This document shows, piece by piece, positions 12,600 to 24,199 of a stretch of DNA of 64,000 bases (the first letter of the stretch is position 1; each line of letters opens with the position of its first letter). A model generated the notes under the pieces. The model had not been told where the DNA came from, did not search any database, and saw only the letters and a list, made by a program, of their open reading frames with translations. The DNA comes from Elsinoe ampelina (lineage: Eukaryota), in the NCBI GenBank assembly GCA_010093995.1, contig ML992505.1, forward strand, positions 1,532,670-1,596,669, given 5' to 3'. The position numbers and the translations under genes were made by a program.

Positions 12600-13440
12600 T
12601 CGTTGCATAGCTTCCCCTCCCTTCAATCAAATAGCCTCACTCTGCGGCCTCGCTTTCACGTGACTCATCGTCAACGCGACCGGTCCATCCCTCAACAATC
12701 CCACATTCTCCTTGAACACCTCCGTCTCCCTGAACTTCATATGCGCCTCCACACTCTCCCACCCAATCAACAACTTCAACACCCTCCCCTTCTTCCCCTC
12801 GCCTATCTTCTCATGCTCCACCTCCTCCTCTCCCCACCCGTACGCGAACCCCTTTGCCCCCGCCGCATCCCCCTCGACCACCTTCCTGAACTGATCCAGC
12901 TTTTCCTCGAATGCCTTGTCCACGGCCGAGAAGTAGGCAGTCACGTTCTCCGTGACGGGCTGGGCGAGGGCGTCTTTGAGCTCGGATTGCGAGGTGAAGG
13001 AGAAGTGGATGTAGGAGGGGGCGCCGCCGAGGGTTTGGGAGAGGTATTTCCCTAGCTCCGGGTATTCGGGGGATTTGGTGAAGGAGATGTGGGAGGAGAT
13101 GGAGTCCCAGTCTGGTGGAGAAGATCAGCTAGGCGTCAAGGGGGAGGAGGGGCGGTGGGGAGGGGGTAGGAGGGGAGACGTACTGATGATCATGAGAAGC
13201 TCTTTGTCGTTCTCGACGGTGGCGCCGTACCAGGAGTCTTGGAAGCCTGGGGCCTTGGAGATGAGCTTATAGCCTTCGGTTTGGGCTTTGCCATTGTCGG
13301 AGGTTTTGTCGTTGGGGTCGAAGGAGGACTTGAGAGGGAGGATGGCAATTTCGGTGGCGACCATGATGGGTGGTTGTGTGTCTATGTTCTATGCTGTGTT
13401 GTTGTATGTACTTCCGGAACGAAGCGGGTGAGCAGATGGC
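12600..13440. other. Skew-switch domain (switch ~12930)
   Basis: C-rich 12600-12900, G-rich 12960-13440 including an intron. Confidence 0.8.
12627..13364 (-). CDS. Dimeric alpha-beta barrel / ABM (antibiotic biosynthesis monooxygenase)-like protein, 2 exons
   Basis: Two similar halves (IINWDSISSH; LIGWESVEAHMKFRET). Intron 13183-13112. Confidence 0.75.
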
Positions 13441-13619
13441 AAGGCTTATATAGCTGGTGCTGCCTCGGTATCTGAGTACAAGCTTACTGATTCAGGATCA
13501 TGTGCCTGGAAAAAGAGGGTCTGAGAACGTGTCGCCAACCTCTTGGCTTGTTTGATGCACAATTTGTCTCTCGCCGTCTGATGCCTCGGAGTCTTTCCCA
13601 CATGTCGTGCTGAAACTCA

Positions 13620-14830
13620 ATTCCCCGCACTGCACCCCCACCTACCCCATCCGGACAGCCCACAACGACGTCACACCATCCCACTCCCAGCATCAACTGC
13701 AAACCAACTTCATCCATCCACCTTCACGCCAAGTGAACATCCTTACCTCGCCCCATCCCTCACAGACTCAACAAACAATGTCCCCCGACCTCGCCCAAAG
13801 CCTCAAATCCGCCTCCACCCCCATCCCCCCCACCTTCTTCTCCACCCTAATAACAGCAAACCACATCCTCCACTCCCAAAGCATAGTCGACGGCTACGGA
13901 CACATCTCCGCCCGCTGCCCCCGCGACCCAACACACTTCCACCTCTCCCGCTCCCTCGCCCCCGCCCTCGTTGCCACCCGCTCCGACATCCTAACCTACC
14001 ACATCCCCTCTGCGGCCCCCGTCCCCCGGCCCCCCTCCGCCCCCTCCTCCGACCCCGACCCCGCCGCCGAGCACCAGAAACACTACCTCGAGCGCTTCAT
14101 CCACGCCTCCATCTACGCGCGCTACCCCGACGTCCAAGCCGTCGTGCACGCGCACTCGGAGGCCGTCTTGCCGTTCGGCATCACGAGTGTGCCGTTGCGG
14201 GCGACGTTTCACATGGCGGGCGTGATGGGGGGACAGGTGCCTGTGTTCGATATCGAGAGGCATTATGCGTCGGGGGATAAGCATGATTTGCTGGTCACGA
14301 ATGAGAAGCTGGGGAGTGCGTTGGCGTTGGGGTTTAATCCTGAGGGGTGGGCGAGTAAAGCTGGTGGGTTTATAAAGAATCTGGCGTTGAGTCAGGTGGG
14401 GATGGGCGGGAAGGAGGAGGAGGTGAGGTACCCTGGGAATTCCGTGGTGTTGATGAGGGGGCATGGGTTTACGGCTGTTGGGGCGAGTGTGGAGGAGGTG
14501 GTGTACAGGGCGATATACACGGTGGTCAACGCGAGGGTGCAGAGGGATGCGGTGTTGTTGCAGGGGGCGTGGAATACAGGTGTGGTAGGAGAGAGGGTGA
14601 CGAAGGTGGGGGAGAAGGGGTATCAGGGTGGGGAGAAGGACGGGATGAGGCTGGAGGGGGTGAAGTTTTTGAGTGATAAGGAAACGAAGGAGGCGTGGGA
14701 GAGCAATAAGGGGCAGGTCATGAGGCCGTACGGGTTGTGGGTACAGGAAGTGAGGCAGAGTGGTAGGTATAAGAATGAGTATTGGGAGAAAGAGGGCGAG
14801 GCAGCGAAGTCATGACCGGGGGGCGTGACA
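13620..14830. other. Skew-switch domain (switch ~14170)
   Basis: C-rich 13620-14160, G-rich 14200-14830. Confidence 0.85.
13778..14815 (+). CDS. Class II aldolase/adducin family protein
   Basis: DGYGHISAR, ERFIHASIY, AVVHAHS (Zn-binding His residues), VVLMRGHG. Confidence 0.9.
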   Translation: MSPDLAQSLKSASTPIPPTFFSTLITANHILHSQSIVDGYGHISARCPRDPTHFHLSRSLAPALVATRSDILTYHIPSAAPVPRPPSAPSSDPDPAAEHQKHYLERFIHASIYARYPDVQAVVHAHSEAVLPFGITSVPLRATFHMAGVMGGQVPVFDIERHYASGDKHDLLVTNEKLGSALALGFNPEGWASKAGGFIKNLALSQVGMGGKEEEVRYPGNSVVLMRGHGFTAVGASVEEVVYRAIYTVVNARVQRDAVLLQGAWNTGVVGERVTKVGEKGYQGGEKDGMRLEGVKFLSDKETKEAWESNKGQVMRPYGLWVQEVRQSGRYKNEYWEKEGEAAKS

Positions 14831-14910
14831 TGAGGAAACGAGCTGGTAGTAAAACGACAGAATGGCACACGAAGAACGAAGAATGACCTAATGACCTAGA
14901 AACTCGAATC

Positions 14911-14977
14911 TCACGATTGTTCAAGCATCGCTAATCTACCCTTTGTTCACGATTGTTCAAGCACCGCTAATCTACCC
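14911..14977. repeat. 36-bp tandem duplication, intergenic
   Basis: tcacgattgttcaagca(t/c)cgctaatctaccc starts at both 14911 and 14947, with one mismatch. Confidence 0.9.
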
Positions 14978-15376
14978 ATTCCCATCTCATGGTCTAGTAC
15001 ACCTTGTCCATCCCGTCTCGTACACCTCGACCTAGCGGGATCTCCTGTTTCCCGGGGCATGGGGAGCACCGTAATAAGCGTTGTCGCGCTGTCTTTGAGT
15101 CACGTCAAGCTGCCGAAGCATCATTACTTGGTGTTCCGTCACCCATGCCTTTAACAAGTCCAATTCCCTCGTGTGCGGCAAGGGCACTCGGACTGCCGGA
15201 TTGATTCCACTGTCCCACCCTCCCGGACCTTCCATTGGTGGCGGTATTTGCCACTGCAATGGCATTAACCCTAGTGTCCCCGACACCTGCCTTGGCGCAC
15301 CTGGCACCCAGCCTGCTCTTCTGGTACTACCAGACTCATGCCACGCCGCCCTTCTGGTAGTTTCATGCTCACGATA

Positions 15377-18300
15377 CTACCCGAAATAAGCTTGCACCGT
15401 CTTCTGTGCCTCGGGCGAGAGACTGCCTAGTAGTTGTCCGGCATCCAGTTGTGCCGCGCCGATCATGCGTTTCGACGACTCGACAATGCGTTGGGCCGTC
15501 TGGCCTTGGAGAGTCTCGGCTTCGAGCGCTTCGGCGATGAATTTGAAGCATTTCGCGGCGTTTTGCATGACGGCGGGGTTTTGTCTGGTACTTGTTAGCA
15601 CTGGTCAACTACCAGACAGAGGCAGGCGAAAGGGACTTACTGATCCATCAAGCGAGCGAGGAAGCTGTATGCAAAGGGCGCAGCTTCCTCGTCATTGACC
15701 ACAGGTAGGGTGTCGAGCCAGTGGACGACAACTTCTTGGACGTTGGTGACTTTGGCAGAGTTGAAATGAAGGATCTTGGCGATGGAGGCACAGGCGTTCT
15801 CTGTGGCAAAGACGTGGTCGTCTTGTCGTGCATCTGGCCGTGAGCAGGCTTGGAACAGGGCGGGTAAAGCAGCGTTGGCAAAGTCTGACCACGGTTCACC
15901 TCCCTTCTGGGCTGCAACACCAGCACCGTAGGTGGCTGCTTGTCGGTTGGCAGGAACTTCGTCGTTCATGCCGCGCATCAAAGGGCCAATGATCTGCTCG
16001 GAATACTTCCATGAATCTGGGCCGCAGAATTCGCAGACGTCATCCATGATGCAGAGAGCCCACTGTCGTTGTGTCGGGTCGTCGCTAGAAATGAATGCTT
16101 GTAGGAATTGAGCGAGACGTTCCCAGTGAGGCAGGAATAGTGTGCCTTGGTTCTTGAAGATGGTGTGAAATGCCTTGTTCATGTCGCTCAGCAAGGTTTG
16201 ATCGTCCTCGATGGCGAACAGGGTTTCTTCCGATGCCTCCTCGCCTTCCTCACGTTCTTTGGCTTCCTCTTTGCGCTCCAGGACTCTCACTTGGTAGTCT
16301 TTGAGGACGGATTCTGCAGATGTGATGAAGAGAGCCATTTGATCGTCTGATAAACAACCCTTGCCGGAGACTTCAACAGTCTCGTAGAAACACTGATACA
16401 TCTCGGCGAGGGTTTCGATCGCTGGTTCGGTCTCGAGCACTTCGAGAACCTTCTCAATCGTTGAACGCCAGAGTTGCTGGTACTGTGGGGCTTGAAGGCC
16501 GTGAGCTGCCTTGTAGGAAGACAGGAGTTGAGGTACGCATTTGGCGCAAGCGACTCGTACTGGGTCATGGAAGAAGAAAGCCAGGCCCGGAATAGCAACG
16601 TTCTCCATAACGTCAAGGACATAAGGTTCGAAAGACGCTTGGAGGTTCTGGGCGTAGATTACGATCAGCTCTATTGCCATATGCTTGTCGTCCAGAGTAG
16701 AAGTCTTGATGCCAATGTATTTGCCTTTGAGTGGTACAAGCTCCCATCCTTCTTCTTGCTCGACCTGTGCAACATTCTCCTCGTCGTCGAGGAGCTGGAT
16801 GTCTGCCTTGGCCTTGGCAAGAGTGAGGAGAGGTGGCATGACAGCAGGCAGATATGGAACAAAGTCTGGTCCAAGAATCCTGCACATACGACCCCAACAG
16901 TGAAGGAGGTAAGAAGCTTGCGGGTCGTCATCGTCCACAATGTTTTCCTGTATCGATCCGAGGAGCTGAACAAGAGCGAGCGCGTCTTGACCCATCTTTT
17001 CCTTGCCGACAGCCAAGGCAATCAGAGTAGCGCACTCCATAGCTTTTGCTCGAAGGAGACGATATTCCTTGCTCTGCTCCTCGCGTAATACATTGAACAA
17101 TAGTGGCATAAGAGTGTCGTAGTACTTGCTGAATCGGACCTCTGCCGAATCTGCTACAGTTGCAATCGTACTAAGCGCTTGCTCCTGCACAAATCGTTTG
17201 GAGCTCTGGAGAAGCCCGAGAAGTTGGTTGAGGAGGTCGTCAAGGTAAGGGTCGAGAACATCCTTCTCTGCTTCCTCGCAGAAGTTGACCAGTGCAGCCG
17301 CGGCATGAGAGGCCACTCGTGGCTCCGGGGATTGAAGGACTGGGATGAGATTTGTGAGGACGATTTGGTGGTATTTGCCCTGCATAGTACCCTTGAAGTC
17401 GGTACTCATTTGACCGAGAGCGTTGCAGGCAGCCCAGCGTACACGTGGATGAGGATCCTTGAGTGCGGGTACGACAAGATCCAGAACCTTGTCGAGCTCA
17501 CTCTCCATAAGTTCCTGGCATCCTTCCGAGATTGCTGACATGGCCATGAGAGCAGCGTGTCGGTCGCGCCATGATCCGGATGTTATCATCCGTGGTAGCC
17601 AGTTGAACGTAGGCGGTAGGATAGCTGGTCCACCGAGCTTGTTCGCTAATCGATCCATTGTTTGCTCACCTGCGACGTGGTTCAAATCGCTCTCATCAGC
17701 ATCAAGCTACAACGGTAAGTCTCTGACTTTGAAAGACATAATCCTGTACATACATCTTCAGAAGCGTTCCACTCGGCCGCATCGTCGTCGTCAGTTCCTA
17801 CGTCCGTCATCAGAGACAAGCATTGCGTTACCATCTCGGACGTGTATGTAGGATCCTTCTTGCACATCTGTGGTGCATAGTCCGCAAACGTGGCCATCAG
17901 TTCGAGTGCGTTCTGTCGTGCTTGATCTTCAAGATCCTTGTCTTGGATTACTGTGATGCTGAATGTGACCAGGTCGTGGAAGAGAGGTCTGAACATCTTT
18001 GGTGCAGCTTCGGCAAGATCAATCATGGCAACGAGCGCTTTCGTGAGCTGATCTGAATCGCTGGAGGCCTTGAGTGGAGGAAGAATGTTAAGGATGTCGG
18101 GGATCAAGCCGTAGTACTTTGCCTGGGCCTTTTTGGTTATTGAATGGAAGAAAGATGCGAATGCGTCCATGGCCGCTAATTGCACCTACGGTATGGTCAG
18201 TACGTGGCTTGGCGGGTATCCCAGTGTACTTTACCTCCACGTTGGAGTCCTTGAACCCTTTGGTGAAAGACCCCAGAACGACCTCCTCATGCTGTTTCTC

Positions 18301-18896
18301 TATGATACCTGGAGTCGTCGCGAAAATTCTAAAAGCTGCCTCCCGTTGTCCGGCATGTTCAGACTGGCTGGCCTGGAAAAGTCCTCCAAGCAATTCGTTC
18401 CAGGACTCCTTGGATCCGTCTGGCGCCAATACCTCTCCCTCGACGTAGAGTCTGGCGACTTCGGCAATTGCATCGCCAATCTTGTGTCGGACACTGTCCG
18501 CCTGTTCGACCGATAGACATTCCAAGAGTCTTGCACGAATCGTATCCCTTTCATCCTTCTTAAGCGTGAAGAATAATTCGCGCTTGTAGACGCCTGTTGC
18601 ATCCTGTAGTGTGCGCACCGACAGTCTTCGAAACAGAACAGCTGCATATGATCGGGCCTGGAAAGACAAGTGTCAGCGCATCATGCTTGTTGTGGCTGTA
18701 CGTTATCACTCACGCCCAAATCCTGTGAATTCCTCAACTGCTCAACCAACCCCATCAGAAGAATCTCTAGTCGTTTGCCCACCCATTCTGTCGAAAGTTG
18801 CTCTTCAGCTTGTGCTCTTACCGTATTATCGGTGGATTGAAGAGCTTGGAGAAGCTGCTCAAGAGCTGTGGTGATCTCCACAGGAAGGACAGACAT
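15377..18896 (-). CDS. PSE1: Importin beta-3 / karyopherin Kap121 (importin-5), multi-exon
   Basis: HEAT-repeat protein with WRDRHAALMAMSAISEGC, DPHPRVRWAACNALGQMSTDF, LRAKAMECATLIALAVGK, ATENA. Introns near 18714-18658, 18235-18186, 17750-17707, 15640-15586. Confidence 0.93.
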
Positions 18897-19536
18897 TGTG
18901 GGGAGATGGCAGGGGCGGGTTTTGTGTAGAAATTATTGGTGTAGCTTTTCGTATAGGCCCATGAGCCTCCAAATTAGTGCGTCTGGTCCTCTGGTGAGAT
19001 AAGGATGAGGACGATCGTGACAGCGCGTGTCAGCAGGTTGTGTATGCTCGCAATCGTCAGGAACAGGCTGAAGGTGCACACGAAATGTTTTTGGTGGAGG
19101 GAAAATGTACAGGGTCCACCTCGCCAAACTCGCCAAAGCAACGCGTTGCGGACAATGCCAAGACATGCCGCAGAACTTCCATTGAACCTCTCGAAAACTG
19201 CCAGAACAGAACCTGACAGTGGCATATTTGTGGGGCTCGTAAGTCACACTCAGTCACAAGCACAAGGAAGAAACAAAAGTCGATCAATAAGGCCCTCGGC
19301 CAGATTGCATTGCTGTTTGACTGTCTGCAAAAATCAAAGCTGCCTGCTATGGTGAAGCTCGCTAAGCTCGAACGCCGACCCATCCACCATCATCATCTTC
19401 ATTACGGGCGGCTCGAGAATGCTGCAAATTGTGTCGTGTGCTGTGATGTACTGTGCTGTGATCATGTGCAATGGTCGACGATGTATGCGTTGGGGGATCG
19501 TGGAAAGTGAGTGTTGTTGACCTTGTTGTGATGTGT

Positions 19537-20268
19537 TTAAAAAGCAACGAGAGCGACACCCATCATGATGGCAGCGACGGTCAAGCCGGACTTGTGGTTG
19601 ACGGCGGCTGCACCGGTGCTGGGAGAAGGCTCGACAGCTCCAGTGGTGGCAGAAGGGTTGGTGTTGGTGCTGGTGCGGACGGAAGTGGTAGCACTCTGAC
19701 CGGAGCTGCTTGAAGCTGGAGCACTGCCGGAAGGAGCTGGGGCGCTGCCAGATGGAGCAGGAGCGGAACCAGCTGGAGGAGTGCCGGCCGGGGGAGTGCC
19801 CGCAGGAGGAGTGCCAGCTGGAGGGGTGCCGGCCGGAGGAGTACCAGCGGAAGTGCCGACTGGTGGAGCTGGAGGAGCCGAGCCAGACGGGGTGGGAGCA
19901 GGAGGAGCGCTGCCTTCGCTGGACGGGTAGGCCGGGAGGGTGACCGGAGTGGAGACCACGATGGTGGATCCCTCACTGGTGATAGTAGTGGGGGTGGTGA
20001 CGACGACCGAAGTGGTTGGAGGAGGGACCAAGACGGTGGTGGTGGTGCTTGGGACTGCAGGTGGAGTGCAGTAGTCAGGGATCAGAGTGATCGTGACAGT
20101 CTCTGTGAAAGGTCAGTAAGTCATTGTCGATTGTGAGTGGTCGAGTCGACACTGACCAGTGGCAGAAACGGCTGGAAACAAGTTAGCTGAGCTCGACAAG
20201 CTTGAATGCGATGGATTTCACCTACCGACAATGGCCATGGTGGCTGCGATGATGTTCTTGAACTGCAT
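19537..20268 (-). CDS. Secreted Pro/Ser/Thr-rich, probably GPI-anchored cell-wall protein, 3 coding exons
   Basis: Signal peptide MQFKNIIAATMAIV|ATVSA split by introns, P/S/T/G/A-rich body, C-terminal STGAAAVNHKSGLTVAAIMMGVALVAF GPI-type signal. Confidence 0.8.
19775..19850 (-). repeat. 15-bp coding minisatellite (AGTPP x5)
   Basis: AGTPPAGTPPAGTPPAGTPPAGTPPAG in the translation, followed by SGSAPAP repeats. Confidence 0.85.
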
Positions 20269-21178
20269 CTTGACAAGGGTCTATAGAAGTCAGTCAAGTC
20301 CGCCGGCGGTGATGAGGTAAAGGTCAAACTCACCGGAGAAATATCTGGACGTTGCTTGTGAAGCTCTTGGTGGCTTGGTGTGTGAATGTGGATGGAATAT
20401 GGTATGAATTGCGATGGAAAAAGTCCAGCAGGAGGATGTGTGATGGTGAGATGTGTTGTGGAAGAAGGATGGTTGGTGAGAGAAAGCAGAAGAAGTTTTG
20501 TGCGTGGTGAAGAAATTGAGGGAGGCAGGTGCAGTGCGGGAGGGAAATGGCGACGACGAAGCGGCAGCGACTGCTACCACGACAGAAATCTGGGAAAATG
20601 CAGGCACAAGTGACGATCTCACCAAGGATACCGGCAGTCGAGTCAAGCTTATTGGTGTTCCTGCAGCCACCCGCACGGAATTGAGCTGTCGTGGTTACAC
20701 AAACCTGGATCAACACGAGCTAATGCAGGTTGCATGCCGTAGCTATCTCAACCATCTGCAACGAGGATATAGAGATCGCCAGCCTCACCTTTTTGAGGCA
20801 TTGGCCACTCAAATTGCAGATTAGCACGTGCGCGCACATGGCGCTGAGCATCAGCTTCGTCCTTGCTGTCTGTCACGTGTCTTGCAAAATTGAAATGGTA
20901 CTTGCCTATTCTCCAGCGCAGCAGTGCTTGGGAAGCCACGCATCACTGCTCCTGCCCACAATGACAAGGCAATGGTAGATGACGAAACCTTCGAAGCAGT
21001 CCAAACACATTTCTCGCACCAACTTTCTCTTCCCCTCCAACCATCATCCCATCACACTCGTTATACAGCATTACATCTGTTTGGATTGACTGTTGATCAT
21101 TAGCATCTCAGCCTTCATTCGCTTCCAGGCATCACCAAACCTCCATAGTCGATCCAATCCATCACCAAAGTCGTCACC

Positions 21179-23669
21179 ATGGTCGCATCTTTGGTCTAGG
21201 TGGCCATGGCAGCCGGTCTCGCCATGGCAGTCCCGGTCAAAGAGCATGATATCGAAAAGCGTCAGCTTGGTCTTTGTAAGTTGAACCTCCCTCCATCGAC
21301 TTTCATGTCTGACTCTCCTCTAGCAGCATTGCCCGTCGTTGGTGGCCTCCTCAATCCAGCACCTGCAGCCCCAGCAGCCAGCAGTGGCTTCATCTCTGTC
21401 GTTCAGCTCGCTCCCAACGTCTTCACCTCGTTCCGTGTCATCACTCAGGAGTTCGTCGTAGGTCACACACTCCTGCTTGAAGAGATGGAGACTGACAAAT
21501 ATCCAGTATACCGTCCCAGGCGCCGCCACTGTCTCCTCGGCGGCTGGTGCAGCTGCACCGGCCCCTACACCTGCTCCGGTCCCAGCGGTCGCTACTGCTA
21601 CTCCAGCGGCTGATTCGGGTCTCCTTGGTCTCGGCGGTCTTGTTGGAGGTGTCGTCTCTGCAGTCACCAATGCAGTTCCTCTCGACCTCGAAGCCACTGT
21701 CGCTGTTTCGGCTCCCATCTTGGACGTAGCCGCCACTGTCTGCCTCGGCATCTTGGTGGATGGAGTCTGCCAGGAGACTACAGTCCAGCCTGCTCCTGGT
21801 GCAACTCCAGCTGGCGGCGACGGACTTCTCGGTCTTCCCATTACGTTGCCTGGTATCGAAGTTCAGGCTACTGTTGCAGCCACTGTTGCTCCCAGTGATC
21901 TCGGCGTTCCTCTTCCACCCATCGATGTCAACGCTGGTCTTTGCTTGGGCATCTTCACCAACGGGGTCTGCTACACTTCTGATCCAGCAGCAGTCCCACA
22001 ACCCACAGCTGCCGGTCCTCTCGGTCTTCCAGGCATTGAGCTCTCAGCGTCGCTCTGCATTGGCATCTTCCGCGATGGTCTCTGCTTCTCCGCTCTCGAC
22101 GCTGCAACTTCCACCCTTGTCAATCTCCTGGTCACCACTGACCCAGCAGCTGTTGCAGCCATTCCAACCGAAGTTCTTGCCAGTGTCACCGCCATCGCTT
22201 CTCCTGCAGTTGCTGCTATCACCGGAGCTGCAGCCGTCACTTCCGCCGCAGGAGCCGTCACGTCCATCATTCCCAATGCAGGCGGGGTCTTCACATCAAC
22301 ATCCTTGATCACCATCCCCTTCGAAGAGACCATCCAAGGTCTGTCCACCATCTTCGGTGCCAATGGGGCTGTCTCTCAAGTCCTCAACGCCGCTGGCTCG
22401 GTCGTCTCGGTCGCTACAGGAGTCGTTGGTGGTGCTGGCTCCGTCGTCTCCGCCGCTACTGGTGCCGCCGGTAGCATTCTTCCTCAAGTCACATCAGCAG
22501 CTGGATCTGTCCTCTCTGAAGCCACGGGTGCTGTCGGAAGCATCCTTCCACAAGTCACATCCGCAGCCGGATCTCTTGTCTCAGGTGCTACTGGTACAGC
22601 CGGCAGTCTCGTCTCTGGTGCATTGTCCGGAGTCGACTCTCTGGCCACTGAAGCAACTGGGGCTGTCGGATCTCTTGCTGCAGGCGCCACCGGTCTTGTC
22701 GGCAGTGTTGCGTCTCCAGTCCTGTCCGGTGTCGGATCGATCGCGACCGGTATCCTTGGTGGTGCTGGCGCGGCCAGTCCCTCAGCAACTGCTTCCGGTT
22801 CTCCATCATCATTCGACCCTGCTCTGACTGCCTCTACATCCGCCGGTGCAGTCGCTTCCTCGGGCACTTCCCTCCAAAGTGGTGCCGCTGCTACAACCGC
22901 CTCTGCAATCCCAAGCGTCTTTGCTGGCCTCAGCTCTGCCACTGGATCAGTCTCGGGCAGCGCTGCAGGGGCCTCTTCCATCGGTGCTGCTAGTGGATCT
23001 GGTACATCTGGCTCAGCCACAGGATCCTCAGCCGGAGGTCTCGCCACTGGTACTGCGAGCAACTTCGACCCAGCTCTATCCGCCTCAACCTCAGCCGGCG
23101 GATCATCAGCCTTCAGTGCCTCTGGCAGTGGTGCTTCTGCTTTCTCTTCCAGCGGATCCGGGTCGTCCTTCAGCACCTCTGTCGTCTCTAGTGCAGTTTT
23201 CACTTCGGCCGGCAGTGCATTCCAGTCTGTCAGCAGCTCCGGCTCGTTTGTGTCAATTTCCAGCAACGGTGCTTCTAATGCCAACGGCGCTTCCAATGCC
23301 AACAGCGGCAGCTCCGGTCAAGGATCTTCATCGTCTGGCTCGTCCGGACAGACTGGATCTCAAGCTGGCTCCGGAGCTCAGGTTACTGGCGCGTCCTCTG
23401 CTGTTGGCAGTGCTGCATCTGCATCTCCAGCTTCAACCTTCGGCACCTTCGTCTTCGACCCTCTTTCGCCATCTCAGACCAGCTCGGTTGTCGTCACTCC
23501 CGGTTCCGGCGGTGTCGCTGTCCCAAGCACTCGTCTGTCCACCAATGGCACTTCCGGTCTACCACTCGGCGTTCTCCCATTCACTGGTGAGGCAACGACT
23601 ACTACGTCTCGAGACAACTCCTTCCCGGCTATGGTCGTCGGCATCGTCGCCGCCATGATCATGTTTTGA
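21179..23669 (+). CDS. Large Ser/Ala/Gly-rich, probably GPI-anchored surface protein; in-frame TAG at codon 7
   Basis: ATG 21179 in strong context (tcaccATGg) gives MVASLV*VAMAAGLAMAVPVKEHDIEKR (signal peptide plus Kex2-type KR). Introns ~21276-21323 and ~21458-21506. Three C-x8-C motifs. C-terminal PFTGEA...hydrophobic tail. Confidence 0.75.
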
Positions 23670-24199
23670 TCATGCAACATCCCTCACAACGAACAACACC
23701 ACGCATTTCCTTTCATCCACTTCCATCACCGACTAATGGACACTTGTATCTGGCATACGTGATTGTCGCCTCCTGGTTGATGGAATTATGGATTGTTTTG
23801 GTTTGGCATCAGCATCTTAGCAGGAGCATCTAGCCGGTATGGATAGCATCCAACAGTATCACATGTATGGTAGTCTCATAGAGCATGAATGACAGTGTCA
23901 TCCTATCCCCATGTTTGCCTCTTTTTTTGATGATTACTGGTGGATTGTGATGAAAGGAGATCAATTGAGAGCTGATGACAAGACTGACGTGCTGAGCTCA
24001 AGTGGGGTCAGCTTGCGCCACACTTCAACGTCGACCTACCCCTGATGGTGAATCTATTGACGGTTGGACTATCAGACACGTCTTCATCAATCATTTTCTT
24101 TCCTCGAGCTCTTCATAATTCGCAAATCGGCATGCATCATTGACGACCATTGGCCACAAGGATAACCGAGCGACTAGCAAGTTGTCCGTCACCACTTAA

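Noticed and set aside
15032..15307. 91-aa ORF downstream of PSE1
   Set aside because: GTG start, lies in the likely 3' UTR, no recognisable motif.
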